A stretch of 39,057 nt of DNA from Polyangia bacterium (GCA_039916065.1 JBDSME010000642.1:1-39057), one strand, 5' to 3'; numbered from the stretch's first letter, positions 1 to 9,129 are shown. Translations and numbers: made by a program. The notes: generated by a model not told the origin, from the letters alone.

Positions 1-447
1 GGCTACGGCGGAATCTCCACGCTGATACCCACCCCCGCGCTCAACGGCGATCCTCACATCATCCTGCTGCACATTGGAGCCAATGAGGTCTTCACCAAGG
101 ACCGAGAGACCATGTCGACGCGCCTGGACGCGCTGGTCGAGAAGATCGCGAAGAATGCGCCGAGCGCCCTGATTGTACTCGCGCAGATCACGCCAGTGGG
201 AACCAGCAACAACGGGCACACCAAGGCCCAGGTGGACGCAGCCAACGCGGCACAGATGCAGTTCAACAGCAAGATCCCGGGGATGATCCAGGCGCACGCC
301 GCAAAAGGCCAGCACATCATAGGGGTGGATATGAGCAAGATGCCCTTGAGCGGCCTCGGCACCGCCACCGTCCATCCCAACGACCAGGGCTACGCGTACA
401 TGGCCGGCATCTGGTACGCAGGAATCAAGGACCTCTTACCAAAGTAA
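1..447 (+). CDS. SGNH/GDSL-family hydrolase, C-terminal part (5' end cut by window edge)
   Basis: Frame 1 is open from nt 1. The translation contains ...HIILLHIGANEV... and a C-terminal ...TVHPNDQGYAYMA..., resembling SGNH blocks III and V. Stop TAA at 445-447. Confidence 0.55.
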   Translation, partial: GYGGISTLIPTPALNGDPHIILLHIGANEVFTKDRETMSTRLDALVEKIAKNAPSALIVLAQITPVGTSNNGHTKAQVDAANAAQMQFNSKIPGMIQAHAAKGQHIIGVDMSKMPLSGLGTATVHPNDQGYAYMAGIWYAGIKDLLPK

Positions 448-452
448 CGGGC

Positions 453-600
453 GCGCGACCGGAACGCGGCGCTCGCGTCGCCGCGAGGACCTCCACCTCG
501 CCCGACGAAAGTGGGGAGAACCCGACGCGCGACCGGAACGCGGCGTTCGCGTTGCCGCGAGGACCTTCACCTCGCCCCACGAAAGTGGGGAGAGCAAGAT
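453..600. repeat. Tandem duplication, 2 x 74 bp (453-526 and 527-600), each unit ending in a CTCGCCC(C)-GAAA-GTGGGGAGA hairpin
   Basis: Direct comparison: gcgcgaccggaacgcggcg(c/t)tcgcgt(c/t)gccgcgaggacc(t/-)tcacctcgccc... occurs twice with period 74. Hairpins lie at 497-520 and 571-594. Confidence 0.85.
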
Positions 601-718
601 TCAAGTCCCTGCGGCCGCAGGTCGGCGGGTGAGGGGACGGCGCTGCGATCAGCCGTTCGCCCCTCCCCTTTGCCCATCGTTATCCTCTCCCGCTTCCACC
701 ACCGGCGCGAACAAACAG
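565..718 (+). repeat. Structured ~150-bp dispersed repeat element, copy A (intergenic, between convergent genes)
   Basis: cttcacctcgccccacgaaagtggggagagcaa...ggcgggtgaggggacggcg...cccctc...atcctctccc...acaaacag aligns with the reverse complement of 14690-14834. It contains a GNRA-looped hairpin (571-594) and a second gagggg...cccctc inverted repeat (630-668). Confidence 0.8.
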
Positions 719-799
719 CCTCGGCAGGACACGCAGCGGCTTCACCCATTTCGACGGCGAGCCATCGCGCGAGCGGCGAAGCCGCTCTGGCCCCTCAGC

Positions 800-3700
800 T
801 CATTTCTGCAGTTCGAGGGTCGCGGCCTGGATGCTGTCCGGGGTCATGGTCCCCACCCGCCAGGGCGGCATCCTGGTATCGCGCGGTGCTTTGAGGCGGG
901 CGATGGCCAGGTCCTTTTCCATCCGCGGCATCTGGTCCAGCTTCTTGATGTTAAACGCGCTGCGCGGAAGGTCGGGGTTCGAGCGACCGTCGTGACACCG
1001 AGAGCACATCTGCAAAAGCACCGTACGGCCGTCCGCCCCGGGCTTGGGCACAAATCCCAGCTTCTCAGCGGCGTCCTGCGAAAAGATTTGCCGGATGTCC
1101 ATCAGGGCATCGCGCGACGCCGCGCCCCCCACAACGTCCTGGTATGACTTGGATGCCGCCACCCGTTTTGCCTCGTCGGAGACATCGGGGCGTGGGTAGG
1201 GAACAGCGATGGCGTCTCCCCTGAGAGTGACGTCGAAGCGCGCCTGCCAGGTGGCGCTGGTGGAGCCACTGGCGGCCTCCGCGGCGATGGTGCCGTCGAA
1301 AGGGTTGGGCTGGTTGCCAAACCCCGAGGCGCGGATCAACGCCTCCAGTTGCGCGCCGCTCCCCTCGCCGAGGGCATTGGCGATCACGCTGATGGGCACG
1401 CCACCATATTGCTTGTCCCCGCCGTGCGTCTGAGTGAACTGGGCCAGGAGGATGCGGTCGGAGTCGGTCCGTTGCACAAAACGCTGCGGAAACCAGTGCA
1501 GCCAGGGGCTGCTGAGTTCCTGCATGCGCAAGATACGTTTGGTGCCGAATCCATTCGGCTGGTGACAGGACTGACAGTCGAACGACGTCTTCTCCAGATC
1601 GTGCTGGTCGTAGACGCTGTAGGCCGTCCAGTTGTGTTCGATATCCTCGGTCAGCAGGTCGGCCAACCCGCAGGTGCCGTTGTAGCTACAGTCCTGCTCG
1701 AAGCTGACCACGTAGAAATTAAAATCGTCGCTGCTGTCGTCCCGGCTCACCACTTCCACGAACTGTTCGCCGCGCACAAACCCCACCGCGGTGAGGCTGG
1801 GCGGATTCTGCAGGTTCTCGTCGACACGCGGGAAAATGATGATGCGAGGGTTCAGCGCCGAAACGCTCATCGAAACCAGCGAGGTGGAGTTACCGGTGAG
1901 CGCGAAGGCCCGGTTCTGGTCGAGACCCACCAGCTTCAGCAGGGCCTCCATATCGGGAAGGTCGGGGCGCTGGCCACTGGCGCACATTGCCTTGAAGAAG
2001 TTGTCGCCGCGCGTCGTCGCGCAAAGTGCGGCGTACTTGTCCTGGCGGGTACCAAGTTGGGCCAGCTCCGGATCGGGCGACACCACCGGGGGGAGCTTCG
2101 ACCAGTCGACGGAGTTGCCGCTACTGGGGAGGCACCCCCCTTCTCCGGTTACCAACCCGGCCACCGCGGCGGCGAGCCACCATCCTCGGCCCCGCGCACC
2201 CGGTGCGGCGGACGCTGCGTTCGATCCCGGTATCCTCGCCGGTATCCTCCGTCGCCGGTGCGCCCATCCCATCAATGCCGCCAGCAAGGACAGCACACCC
2301 AACGCGGCACCGGACTGCATCTCCGACGCTGGAACGTCACAGGCACAGCTGCCCATGGTTCCGTTCACCGGCACCAGGTTTTCGTGGCTCCCCGCGTCCG
2401 GCCCGGTCGGCTCCTGAACACCGCCGTCGGGAGTCGCCGCCGCAGGTTCGAAGGGCAGCGGTCTGATGGGCATCTCACTGTCCAGTTGCAACATGTACGC
2501 AACAAGCTGGTCGATCTCCTGCGGCGTGAGGGAGCTGACGAATCCATGCAGGTCCTTGGAATTCGTGGCGGTCAGGACATCACGCAAGGTGGCGGCGGAA
2601 CCATCGTGAAGATAAGGAGCGGTCTCCCAGACACCGAGAAGCGTCGGGGTGTCGATCCCGGTCAGCGAACCACCCCCGCGCTTGCCAGAGCCGGGGTTGA
2701 GGGTGCCGACATCGTGGAGCTGTCCCCGGACGCTGTCGGTGAAGTCGCTGCCGCCATGACAAAAACCGCACCCCAGCTTGGCAAACACGGCCTTCCCGGC
2801 AATGGCGTCCGCGGTCATGCTGCCGTCGGGGTTGCGAAAGGGGCTGGGGCTGACGTGGTCGAAGGTGTTCACAAAAGCGGCCAGCGCGTCCAGGTCCTTG
2901 CTGACGCCCGCCTTCTTGTCACCGAGCGGATCCTTGCGCGTACCCTTGGCGAAATCGTCGTCGCTCATCAAACCGGATCCCACGAACAGGTTTCGTATCT
3001 GCTCCTCGAAGTCCTGGATCTCGTCGAAGTCGCCGCTCCACAGTACGTTGCCCTGCCCCATTCCGCGCCGCCCCATCAAGGCGGTGGTGTTGCGGAGGCC
3101 CTCGCCTCGGCTGGTGAAGTCCCACACCCGACCGTCCCCGTCGCCGTCAAAGTGGCAACTGGCACAGCTCAGGTACCCTTCCTTGGTCATCCGGCCATCC
3201 GCCGAGTTGAAGAAGAGCTGTTTGCCGAGCAGCACTTCCGGAAGGAGTTTTTCTTTTTCGACGGTGGAGATCCCCTCACCCAACGGCTTGCTGATCCCAT
3301 CCGATGAGTCAAGGATGGCGGCGACGTCGTAGACCATCAGCTTGCGGGTGAGTGACCCGTTGACGAACAGCCGATTCTTGGGGCCCAACACTAAACCGCG
3401 CGGTGCCAGACCAGCCTCCTTCATCGCGGTGTAGAGGACTCCAGTATAGGCGTCGCGCACCTCGACCAGGTTTGAACCGATGACGCTGACGAAGGCTAAG
3501 TCCCCCATGGGACTGAACTCGACGTGCCCCGGCAGGTTGCGGTCGTCGAGGTCGATCCGACCGGACATATAAACCTTGCCAGCCAGCGTGGCATCGCTCA
3601 GAGGGGTCAGATTCTCCTGCCCGGTGGCCAGGTCGATGACCCCGAGCATCGGCCGCACGGTATTGTCCTGGCTGAGCGGCTGCATGTCGCGCAACGTGCC

Positions 3701-4690
3701 GCGAAAGATGTTGTCCTTCTTGCCGGTGACCCATGCCTGCTTGCCGTCGGGGGAGAGGCCGACCGAGAAGAGATAGTTGGGCAAGCCGCGCCCCTTTTGA
3801 TCGGTATCCATGGTGGTGGTGTCGGGCGCCAAGTTGATGCGCTTGACGAGCTTCATCGAAGCCGCGTCCACTTGCACGACCTCGCCCCCAGCATCGGACG
3901 AGATGAACCTGGTCACGTACACGTCCTTGCCGTCCTGCGACACCGTCACCCCCCGCGGTCGGGGGCCGACATCCAGCTCGGCCAGCACCATCCCGGTGGT
4001 GGGATTCAGCTTGAGCAACTTGCCGACCGCCATCAGCGTGACGTAGGCGGCGTCACCGGTCGGACTCACGGCAAGGCCAATCGGCTGCGACGCGTAGGGA
4101 AGGCGGAAGCCCCGCTCTACCACCATCTTGTCCGGATCGACGACAGCGATCGCGTAATCGTCGCGGTGCAGGACCCAGAGCTTGTTGTCGGGAGCCAGAG
4201 CCAGCGCCTCCGGATCGTGATACACCGCCAGCTCGCCGACCTTCTTCAGGGTCATCGGGTCGACCGCGGTTATGGAGTCGTTGTCCCGGTTGACATTGTA
4301 AATCCGATTCCGCGGCTGATCGTAGACGATGTCGGTCGACACATTGGCGCGACGTGGCAACGTCGGATAGTGGACCGTGTGGGTGAACGTGTCGCCCCCC
4401 CGAACGATCCCGTCTTCCTTGACGTTGATGGTGACCGAGTAGTGGCCGGGACGAGTATAGGTGTGTGATTTCGAGGGAAGGTCAGGTTCGTAGTCATCCT
4501 CTGCGCCGGTTACGAATGTGTACGAGTATGTGACGGCGCCGACCGCGCCGGACACCACGGCTCGAAACTCGACGGCCTCACCAACCAAAGACGGCGCAGG
4601 CTTGGGGAACGCGACGGTCAGCGCCGCGGCCGGCGCCGACCAACCGATGGCGACAGCCACAACGCCCACAAAATACCAGCGTTTCTGCAT
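800..4690 (-). CDS. Exported multidomain redox protein. Order: signal peptide, PKD-like domain, YVTN-type beta-propeller repeats, di-haem cytochrome c peroxidase-like module, internal MYXO-CTERM-like segment, second module with two CxxCH motifs
   Basis: ATG at 4690 is preceded by GGAGG. Repeats such as DPMTLKKVGELAV / AVSPTGDAAYVT / VTVSQDGKDVYVT are present. CxxCH motifs: CASCH (3152-3166), CGFCH (2756-2770) with downstream APYLHDGS, CQSCH (1562-1576) and CSRCH (992-1006). The frame is open with no stop across the junction. Confidence 0.75.
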   Translation of the reverse strand: MQKRWYFVGVVAVAIGWSAPAAALTVAFPKPAPSLVGEAVEFRAVVSGAVGAVTYSYTFVTGAEDDYEPDLPSKSHTYTRPGHYSVTINVKEDGIVRGGDTFTHTVHYPTLPRRANVSTDIVYDQPRNRIYNVNRDNDSITAVDPMTLKKVGELAVYHDPEALALAPDNKLWVLHRDDYAIAVVDPDKMVVERGFRLPYASQPIGLAVSPTGDAAYVTLMAVGKLLKLNPTTGMVLAELDVGPRPRGVTVSQDGKDVYVTRFISSDAGGEVVQVDAASMKLVKRINLAPDTTTMDTDQKGRGLPNYLFSVGLSPDGKQAWVTGKKDNIFRGTLRDMQPLSQDNTVRPMLGVIDLATGQENLTPLSDATLAGKVYMSGRIDLDDRNLPGHVEFSPMGDLAFVSVIGSNLVEVRDAYTGVLYTAMKEAGLAPRGLVLGPKNRLFVNGSLTRKLMVYDVAAILDSSDGISKPLGEGISTVEKEKLLPEVLLGKQLFFNSADGRMTKEGYLSCASCHFDGDGDGRVWDFTSRGEGLRNTTALMGRRGMGQGNVLWSGDFDEIQDFEEQIRNLFVGSGLMSDDDFAKGTRKDPLGDKKAGVSKDLDALAAFVNTFDHVSPSPFRNPDGSMTADAIAGKAVFAKLGCGFCHGGSDFTDSVRGQLHDVGTLNPGSGKRGGGSLTGIDTPTLLGVWETAPYLHDGSAATLRDVLTATNSKDLHGFVSSLTPQEIDQLVAYMLQLDSEMPIRPLPFEPAAATPDGGVQEPTGPDAGSHENLVPVNGTMGSCACDVPASEMQSGAALGVLSLLAALMGWAHRRRRIPARIPGSNAASAAPGARGRGWWLAAAVAGLVTGEGGCLPSSGNSVDWSKLPPVVSPDPELAQLGTRQDKYAALCATTRGDNFFKAMCASGQRPDLPDMEALLKLVGLDQNRAFALTGNSTSLVSMSVSALNPRIIIFPRVDENLQNPPSLTAVGFVRGEQFVEVVSRDDSSDDFNFYVVSFEQDCSYNGTCGLADLLTEDIEHNWTAYSVYDQHDLEKTSFDCQSCHQPNGFGTKRILRMQELSSPWLHWFPQRFVQRTDSDRILLAQFTQTHGGDKQYGGVPISVIANALGEGSGAQLEALIRASGFGNQPNPFDGTIAAEAASGSTSATWQARFDVTLRGDAIAVPYPRPDVSDEAKRVAASKSYQDVVGGAASRDALMDIRQIFSQDAAEKLGFVPKPGADGRTVLLQMCSRCHDGRSNPDLPRSAFNIKKLDQMPRMEKDLAIARLKAPRDTRMPPWRVGTMTPDSIQAATLELQK
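2246..2353 (-). other. Internal MYXO-CTERM-like segment (GSCACDV...hydrophobic helix...HRRRR) in the middle of the 1296-codon ORF
   Basis: Translation is GSCACDVPASEMQSGAALGVLSLLAALMGWAHRRRR, with RRRR at 2246-2257. It is followed by a Pro/Ala/Arg-rich stretch and a lipoprotein-signal-like WWLAAAVAGLVTGEGGC. Confidence 0.6.
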
Positions 4691-4755
4691 AGCTCTCGCC
4701 TCCGGACGTTAGCAGGCTATTTCAGGAAGAGGGCCCGCCAAACGTTCACAGCACA

Positions 4756-6492
4756 TCACTCGGTCGTGAACGTCGACTTGAACTCCTGAGCGATTGGATT
4801 GCCGACCAGGTCGGTCATTCCTCCGGCGGGCAAGATGACCTCGTAGGTCGTCTTGGGCTGGAGGGGCTCGTCAGGCGAGAAGTGGACGACGGTGTAGTTC
4901 AGACCCCATTTTCCGGCGATGGGCTGGCCACCCATGGGGCGCACGATCAGACTGGCCTGATTCACGGTCGCCAGCTCGATGTGGTCGGAGAACGAGATCC
5001 CGATGCGCGACTTCACATTCTGCCCCGTGGACTTGTCCCTGGGGATGATGGTGTCGACCACCGGCGGCTTCTTGTCCGGATCCGCCGCATGTACTGCAAT
5101 CACACCACCAGAGTAGGGCGCCTGATCGTCGCAGAGGACCAGGAGGTTCCCGATCGGAATCATGAACTGGTCGTCGATTCCGCCAACGTTCACCCGACCC
5201 CAGATCCTGTTGACGATGGACATCTTCTTCATATCGGACATGTCAATCTTGGAAGCTCCCGGATTGGGTCGCAGGTGGCCCAGGAACACATTGTCATCAC
5301 CGAAGCCAAGGTACTCGCTGGCGGCCGTGTCAAGCTGGGCGACCGGGGTGTTGGCGGTTCCGATCTTGGCCGGATCGGTCAACACGTCCCAGGCGCGGAG
5401 GGGCGACTGCAAGAAGGCGTAGTGCCGGTAGAACCCACCGATGTAACCCTTGCCCGTGCTCAGGGTAGCCAGTGTGATCGGATTGAGCGGATCGCTGATG
5501 TCCATGGTGGCGATGCCGCCATTTTCCTTCGGCGTGGTGAGCACCAGGATGTTGCCGATTGCGTACACCGGTCCAGCATTGACGCCACCGAACTGCGAGT
5601 TGGGTATGCGCTTGATCAGGGTAACGTTGTTGGGATCGTGGGCGTCGAGGATGGCGAGGCCGGTGTTGGTCGCGCCTACGTAGATGTAATTGCCCTGCCA
5701 GGAAACGCCCCACACCGCCTCGGTGAAGTCGCCGTAGGCAACGCCAGGCAGTTCCACGGTTTTCACATGGACGGGCTTGGCCGCGTCGGTGATGTTCCAG
5801 ATGTGAACGCCTTTGCCGGCGGTGCCGGCATAGTACAGGCTGTCACCGTACTTGCCGTAAGTGATCTGCTGTGACTCGGACTCGCCTTCCCGCTTGGGGC
5901 CGCCCTTGGGATCGCGATCCGGAGCCACAATATAGGAGAGCTGCTTGGGATGGGCGGGGTCGGAGATGTCGTAGGTCCAGATGTCTTCGTCCCCGTTCAG
6001 CCGCAGATAACCATTCACGAACCCGGGCTGGTTCATGTTGTGGCGGTCATTCATGGTCGGGGAGACCAGGCCCTTGGCCCATTCGGCCCGGGGAAGGTTG
6101 ATCATGCTCGCGGGGTAGGCCTGGCTGGGCGCTTTGCCCTTCGGCCGGGAGAACGCCCCGATGACCGGCGCGCCGCCGGCCGCAGGAGAACCCCCGGAGC
6201 CAGAGGCCGCGCCGCCGGTGCCGGTGCCGACCGGGCCGCCGCCGGTCGCGGTCGTCGACGAGCCACCGCTGCCCTCATCGGCGCCTCCACTCCCAGTGCC
6301 GACCGAGCCGCCGGAGTCCGACGAGGAGGTGCCGCCGGTGCTGACCGAGCCGCCGCTACCGGTTCCGACGCTGCCCCCGGTCGTCGCCACACGGCCGCCG
6401 CTTCCCGCTGCGCCGGGCGTGGGGGCCGGCGCACAGGCCGAAAGGAGAACCGCCAGAGAGAGGGCACTAACAGGAAGGGTCCGTGCATTCAT
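4756..6492 (-). CDS. Exported LVIVD-repeat (beta-propeller) protein with Gly/Ser/Thr-rich linker and C-terminal Ig-like (SbsA/Big_5-like) domain
   Basis: Signal/lipoprotein-like N-terminus (LLSAC). Repeated motifs: YDISDPAHPKQL, WNITDAAKPVHV, AILDAHDPNNVTL, ATMDISDPLNPITL. GGAG lies 9 nt upstream of the ATG at 6492. Confidence 0.65.
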   Translation of the reverse strand: MNARTLPVSALSLAVLLSACAPAPTPGAAGSGGRVATTGGSVGTGSGGSVSTGGTSSSDSGGSVGTGSGGADEGSGGSSTTATGGGPVGTGTGGAASGSGGSPAAGGAPVIGAFSRPKGKAPSQAYPASMINLPRAEWAKGLVSPTMNDRHNMNQPGFVNGYLRLNGDEDIWTYDISDPAHPKQLSYIVAPDRDPKGGPKREGESESQQITYGKYGDSLYYAGTAGKGVHIWNITDAAKPVHVKTVELPGVAYGDFTEAVWGVSWQGNYIYVGATNTGLAILDAHDPNNVTLIKRIPNSQFGGVNAGPVYAIGNILVLTTPKENGGIATMDISDPLNPITLATLSTGKGYIGGFYRHYAFLQSPLRAWDVLTDPAKIGTANTPVAQLDTAASEYLGFGDDNVFLGHLRPNPGASKIDMSDMKKMSIVNRIWGRVNVGGIDDQFMIPIGNLLVLCDDQAPYSGGVIAVHAADPDKKPPVVDTIIPRDKSTGQNVKSRIGISFSDHIELATVNQASLIVRPMGGQPIAGKWGLNYTVVHFSPDEPLQPKTTYEVILPAGGMTDLVGNPIAQEFKSTFTTE

Positions 6493-6899
6493 GGCGTTCA
6501 GCTCCTACGAAGTTTTGGGGAACGGAGAGAGAATAAACTATCAAAGCGGAATCCATCCTAGAATTTCCATTCCAGGCCATGGCCGATGATTTTACGTGTG
6601 TGAATGAGGGGCACTCATCTATCTATGGGATGTCGCTACACTGAGAAGAGTGTTGCTGCGGCGCCTAAACCAGTCCTTACCGCCGCGACATGTACTTTCA
6701 CCCTCCGGCGTCGCGACCTTGGTAAGATAATGCACGAGAAACGGCTATCGGGCCAACCTCCTGCAAACGCCGTTAGGAATATCGCTACGTGCAATCTATG
6801 CTCCTACATGAACCTACGTTGCCTGGGTCGCGAACCGTGTAGATGGATGGAGGGTTCGAGAACGAGTTCCGGTACTCGCATTACAGCGCGGGCGTCCAG

Positions 6900-7655
6900 C
6901 TAGTCGGCAGGTTCGAACTCGATCGCCAGCTCCACGCGCCGATTGGCTTCACGGCCGGCGGGGGTGCTGTTGTTGCCGAGCGGGCGGGTGGATCCGAAGC
7001 CGGCTGCGCTCAGCATCTTGCCATCGATGCCGTGGGCGTGCTGCAAGAAGCTGGCTACCGCCGCGGCGCGTGACGATGACAGGTCCCAGTTGTCGCGATA
7101 GCGCTTGCTGCTGACGGTACTCTCGTCGGTGTGTCCCTCGATGCGGATGGGCATGCCCAGTGCGCCCATCTCGGCGCCGATCACGTCCAGCACCGGAATC
7201 ATTTCCGGACGAATGGCCGCCTGATTGGCGTCGAAGAAGTGTGACGCGGACAGGCGAACGGCCAGGTGATCGTGATCGCTCTCGATCTGGACGTGAGTCT
7301 CGGGACGGGATTGCAGGAAACGGCGGAGCCGGCGCTCGATTTTGCGCCGGAGCTGCTCCGCCTGCTCTTCCTTGCGGGTGCGGGGCCGCTGCTCGGTGCC
7401 GGTGGGGTTGGACTTGCACCGGCCACCCTCGGTCGGGGGGCCTTCGAACCGATTGCGGTACTCGATGCCGCCCGTGCCCTTGAAGTGCATGGCGAACTTG
7501 ATGGACGTAACCACTTGTACCAGCTTCTTCTGATCGACGCGGCTGGTGGCGTAGAGCACCACGAAGAACGCGAACAGCAGGGTGATGAAGTCGGCGTACG
7601 ACACCAACCACCGCTCGTGATTCTCGTGCTCTTCGTGGTGTTGGCGTTTGGCCAT
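6900..7655 (-). CDS. motB: Flagellar stator protein MotB (OmpA-like C-terminal domain)
   Basis: N-terminal HERWLVSYADFITLLFAFFVVLYA carries the conserved Asp. The C-terminal IRIEGHTD...NWDLSSSRAAAV...NRRVEL is an OmpA/MotB peptidoglycan-binding domain. Confidence 0.9.
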   Translation of the reverse strand: MAKRQHHEEHENHERWLVSYADFITLLFAFFVVLYATSRVDQKKLVQVVTSIKFAMHFKGTGGIEYRNRFEGPPTEGGRCKSNPTGTEQRPRTRKEEQAEQLRRKIERRLRRFLQSRPETHVQIESDHDHLAVRLSASHFFDANQAAIRPEMIPVLDVIGAEMGALGMPIRIEGHTDESTVSSKRYRDNWDLSSSRAAAVASFLQHAHGIDGKMLSAAGFGSTRPLGNNSTPAGREANRRVELAIEFEPAD

Positions 7656-7698
7656 GTGCGTGTGGGGATGGGGGCTGGGCGGCGCGAGCGCGGCGACG

Positions 7699-8469
7699 TC
7701 AGTGTTTCTCGTCGGCCTTCGGCCCGTGGTGACCGGCGTAGGAGGCGAGCTTCTCTTCCAGCACGCGCGGATTGAGACCGGCCTGGATGGACAGCACGCC
7801 CTCCGCGATCAAGGTCTTGCGGTCGCGTTCCAGCGCCAGCTTCCGTTTCAGCTTGTTGGCCACCGGCAAGAACAGCAGGTTGGCCGCGCCCACGCCATAG
7901 ACCGTGGCCACGAAGGCGGTGGCGATACCGCCGCCCAGCTTCGAGGGATCGGACAGGTTTTCCATGACGTGAATCAGCCCCAGCACGGCGCCGAGGATGC
8001 CCACCGTCGGGGCGAAACCGCCCGCCGACTCCCAGACCTTCGCCGCCACGGAACCGGTGTCGAACTCGTGATGAATCTCTGCCTCCAGTGAGTCGCGCGC
8101 GATGGCCGCATCGACGCCGTCCACCAGAAAGCTCACCGCCCTCTTGAGAAATGGCTCCTTGATCTCCGTCAGCTTCTGCTCCAGCGCCAGCACGCCTTCT
8201 CGTCGCGCGACGGCCGCCAGCTCCACGATCTGCTTGATCAGCTCGGGGGCGTCACTCTTCTTGTTGGTGAAGGCCATCTTGCCCATCTTCAGCCCGCGCA
8301 TGAAGTCGGGCATGGGAAAGGCCACCGCGCAGGCCCCGATGGTGCCGCCGATGACGATGATGGCCGCCGTGGCTTGAGCCAGCGAGCTGGCGTGACCGCC
8401 CTCGATCGCCTGCCCGCCCAGGATGCAGGCGAGGGCGAAGACGATGCCACCTATCGACGTGATATCCAT
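7699..8469 (-). CDS. motA: Flagellar stator protein MotA/PomA family
   Basis: 256 aa with four predicted TM segments. The C-terminal ...GGFAPTVGILGAVLGLIHVM...ATAFVATVYGVGAANLLFLPVANKL is the typical MotA/ExbB channel motif. It lies immediately upstream of motB. Confidence 0.9.
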   Translation of the reverse strand: MDITSIGGIVFALACILGGQAIEGGHASSLAQATAAIIVIGGTIGACAVAFPMPDFMRGLKMGKMAFTNKKSDAPELIKQIVELAAVARREGVLALEQKLTEIKEPFLKRAVSFLVDGVDAAIARDSLEAEIHHEFDTGSVAAKVWESAGGFAPTVGILGAVLGLIHVMENLSDPSKLGGGIATAFVATVYGVGAANLLFLPVANKLKRKLALERDRKTLIAEGVLSIQAGLNPRVLEEKLASYAGHHGPKADEKH

Positions 8470-8475
8470 GTACTG

Positions 8476-8808
8476 CTACGAGTCCTTCCCGTCGCTGGGG
8501 TCCGACGCCCGCCCGACGCCCCGTGGTATCAGTGGCGCCGGTTGCGGCGGTTGCGCCGCTTGTACGTACCTGGCCGACTCGGCCAGGCTGGCGGCGATGT
8601 CTTGAACGTCCCCGCGCACGCCCGGCCCCTGCATCACGCGGTGTCGATAAGCGATGGCGCGCGCCACCACCTCCTCGACGCCTTCCTTGACCATGATCCG
8701 ATCGCCGGTGGTCAGGGTGAGCACGGTATCGGGAATCTTCTCGACGGTAAGGATGAGATCGCTGTTCACGACCACCTCCGATCCGTCAAATCGCGTCAAG
8801 AAGATCAT
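8476..8808 (-). CDS. flbD: Flagellar protein FlbD (SwrD-like) with C-terminal extension
   Basis: MIFLTRFDGSEVVVNSDLILTVEKIPDTVLTLTTGDRIMVKEGVEEVV matches the FlbD family. I place the start at the internal ATG 8806-8808; the alternative is ATG 8818-8820. The rest of the ORF-track entry, up to 9105, is Arg-rich and does not look coding. Confidence 0.8.
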   Translation of the reverse strand: MIFLTRFDGSEVVVNSDLILTVEKIPDTVLTLTTGDRIMVKEGVEEVVARAIAYRHRVMQGPGVRGDVQDIAASLAESARYVQAAQPPQPAPLIPRGVGRASDPSDGKDS

Positions 8809-9109
8809 GCGGTTGTCCATTCCGTCCCCTGCCCTATCGACAGGACTGCTGTTTTGCCTGAGGGAAAGTCCTCCTCGGACGCGCCGGTCGAGGTTGCGAC
8901 CGGCGCGCCGAGAAAGGTCCGGGCCTGCGAACGTTCCGACACGTCCGTTTGTCCGATTTGTCCGATTGTCACCATGTTCAACGGTGCCACCCGCCGCCCC
9001 TCCGTCAGGCGAAGGAAACCGGCACGCGCACCGAGCGCGTTCTTTCGATATCCCGGGCGCCGACCTCCACGTGCCCGTGCACCTGTATGTCGACACCCAC
9101 ACCACGTCA

Positions 9110-9129
9110 GGCCAGCAGTTGCGCTGGCC
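9110..9129 (-). terminator. Candidate hairpin (7-bp stem GGCCAGC/GCTGGCC, 6-nt loop) 6 nt downstream of the flgE stop
   Basis: Inverted repeat is seen directly. It is followed on the minus strand by a G/T-rich tract (tgacgtggtgtgggtgt), not a clean U-tract. Confidence 0.3.

Noticed and set aside
1349-3307. 652-aa plus-strand ORF, together with other plus-strand ORFs between 629 and 4712, opposite the cytochrome/propeller gene
   Set aside because: These are antisense shadow ORFs of a well-supported minus-strand gene. The translations are Arg/Gly/Pro/Ala-rich with no motifs, as expected from stop-codon depletion in high-GC DNA.
6130-6420. Gly/Ser/Thr-rich repetitive tracts here and at about 29790-30060 and 30290-30680 as independent repeat features
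   Set aside because: They are in-frame low-complexity linkers of exported proteins (GSGG/TGGA-type), typical of this kind of genome. The Pro-rich ORFs on the opposite strand are shadows.
6845-6875. GGTTCGAGAAC resembling a tRNA T-arm
   Set aside because: No acceptor, D or anticodon stems can be built around it, and the T-loop consensus GGTTCGAATCC is not met.
6604-6903. 99-aa plus-strand ORF in the AT-rich spacer downstream of motB
   Set aside because: It has no SD, odd composition with many Cys/Arg and low-GC3 codons, and it overlaps the motB stop. It is probably not a gene.
8834-8857. Sigma28-like motif (caaa…gtCGATAg) just upstream of flbD
   Set aside because: The -10 element matches only 6/8. 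The -35-like element sits about 11-12 nt upstream rather than the roughly 15 nt required, and at the correct spacing the -35 reads cagg.
8974-8989. TGGCAC hexamer (minus strand) in the flgE-flbD spacer as a sigma54 promoter
   Set aside because: The -12 position reads AACAT, with no GC dinucleotide at GG+10 spacing, so it fails the invariant part of the consensus.
8821-9105. N-terminal extension of the flbD ORF in the track (209-aa version)
   Set aside because: The extension is Arg/Gly-rich and not protein-like. The conserved FlbD core starts at MIFLTRFDG (ATG 8806-8808).
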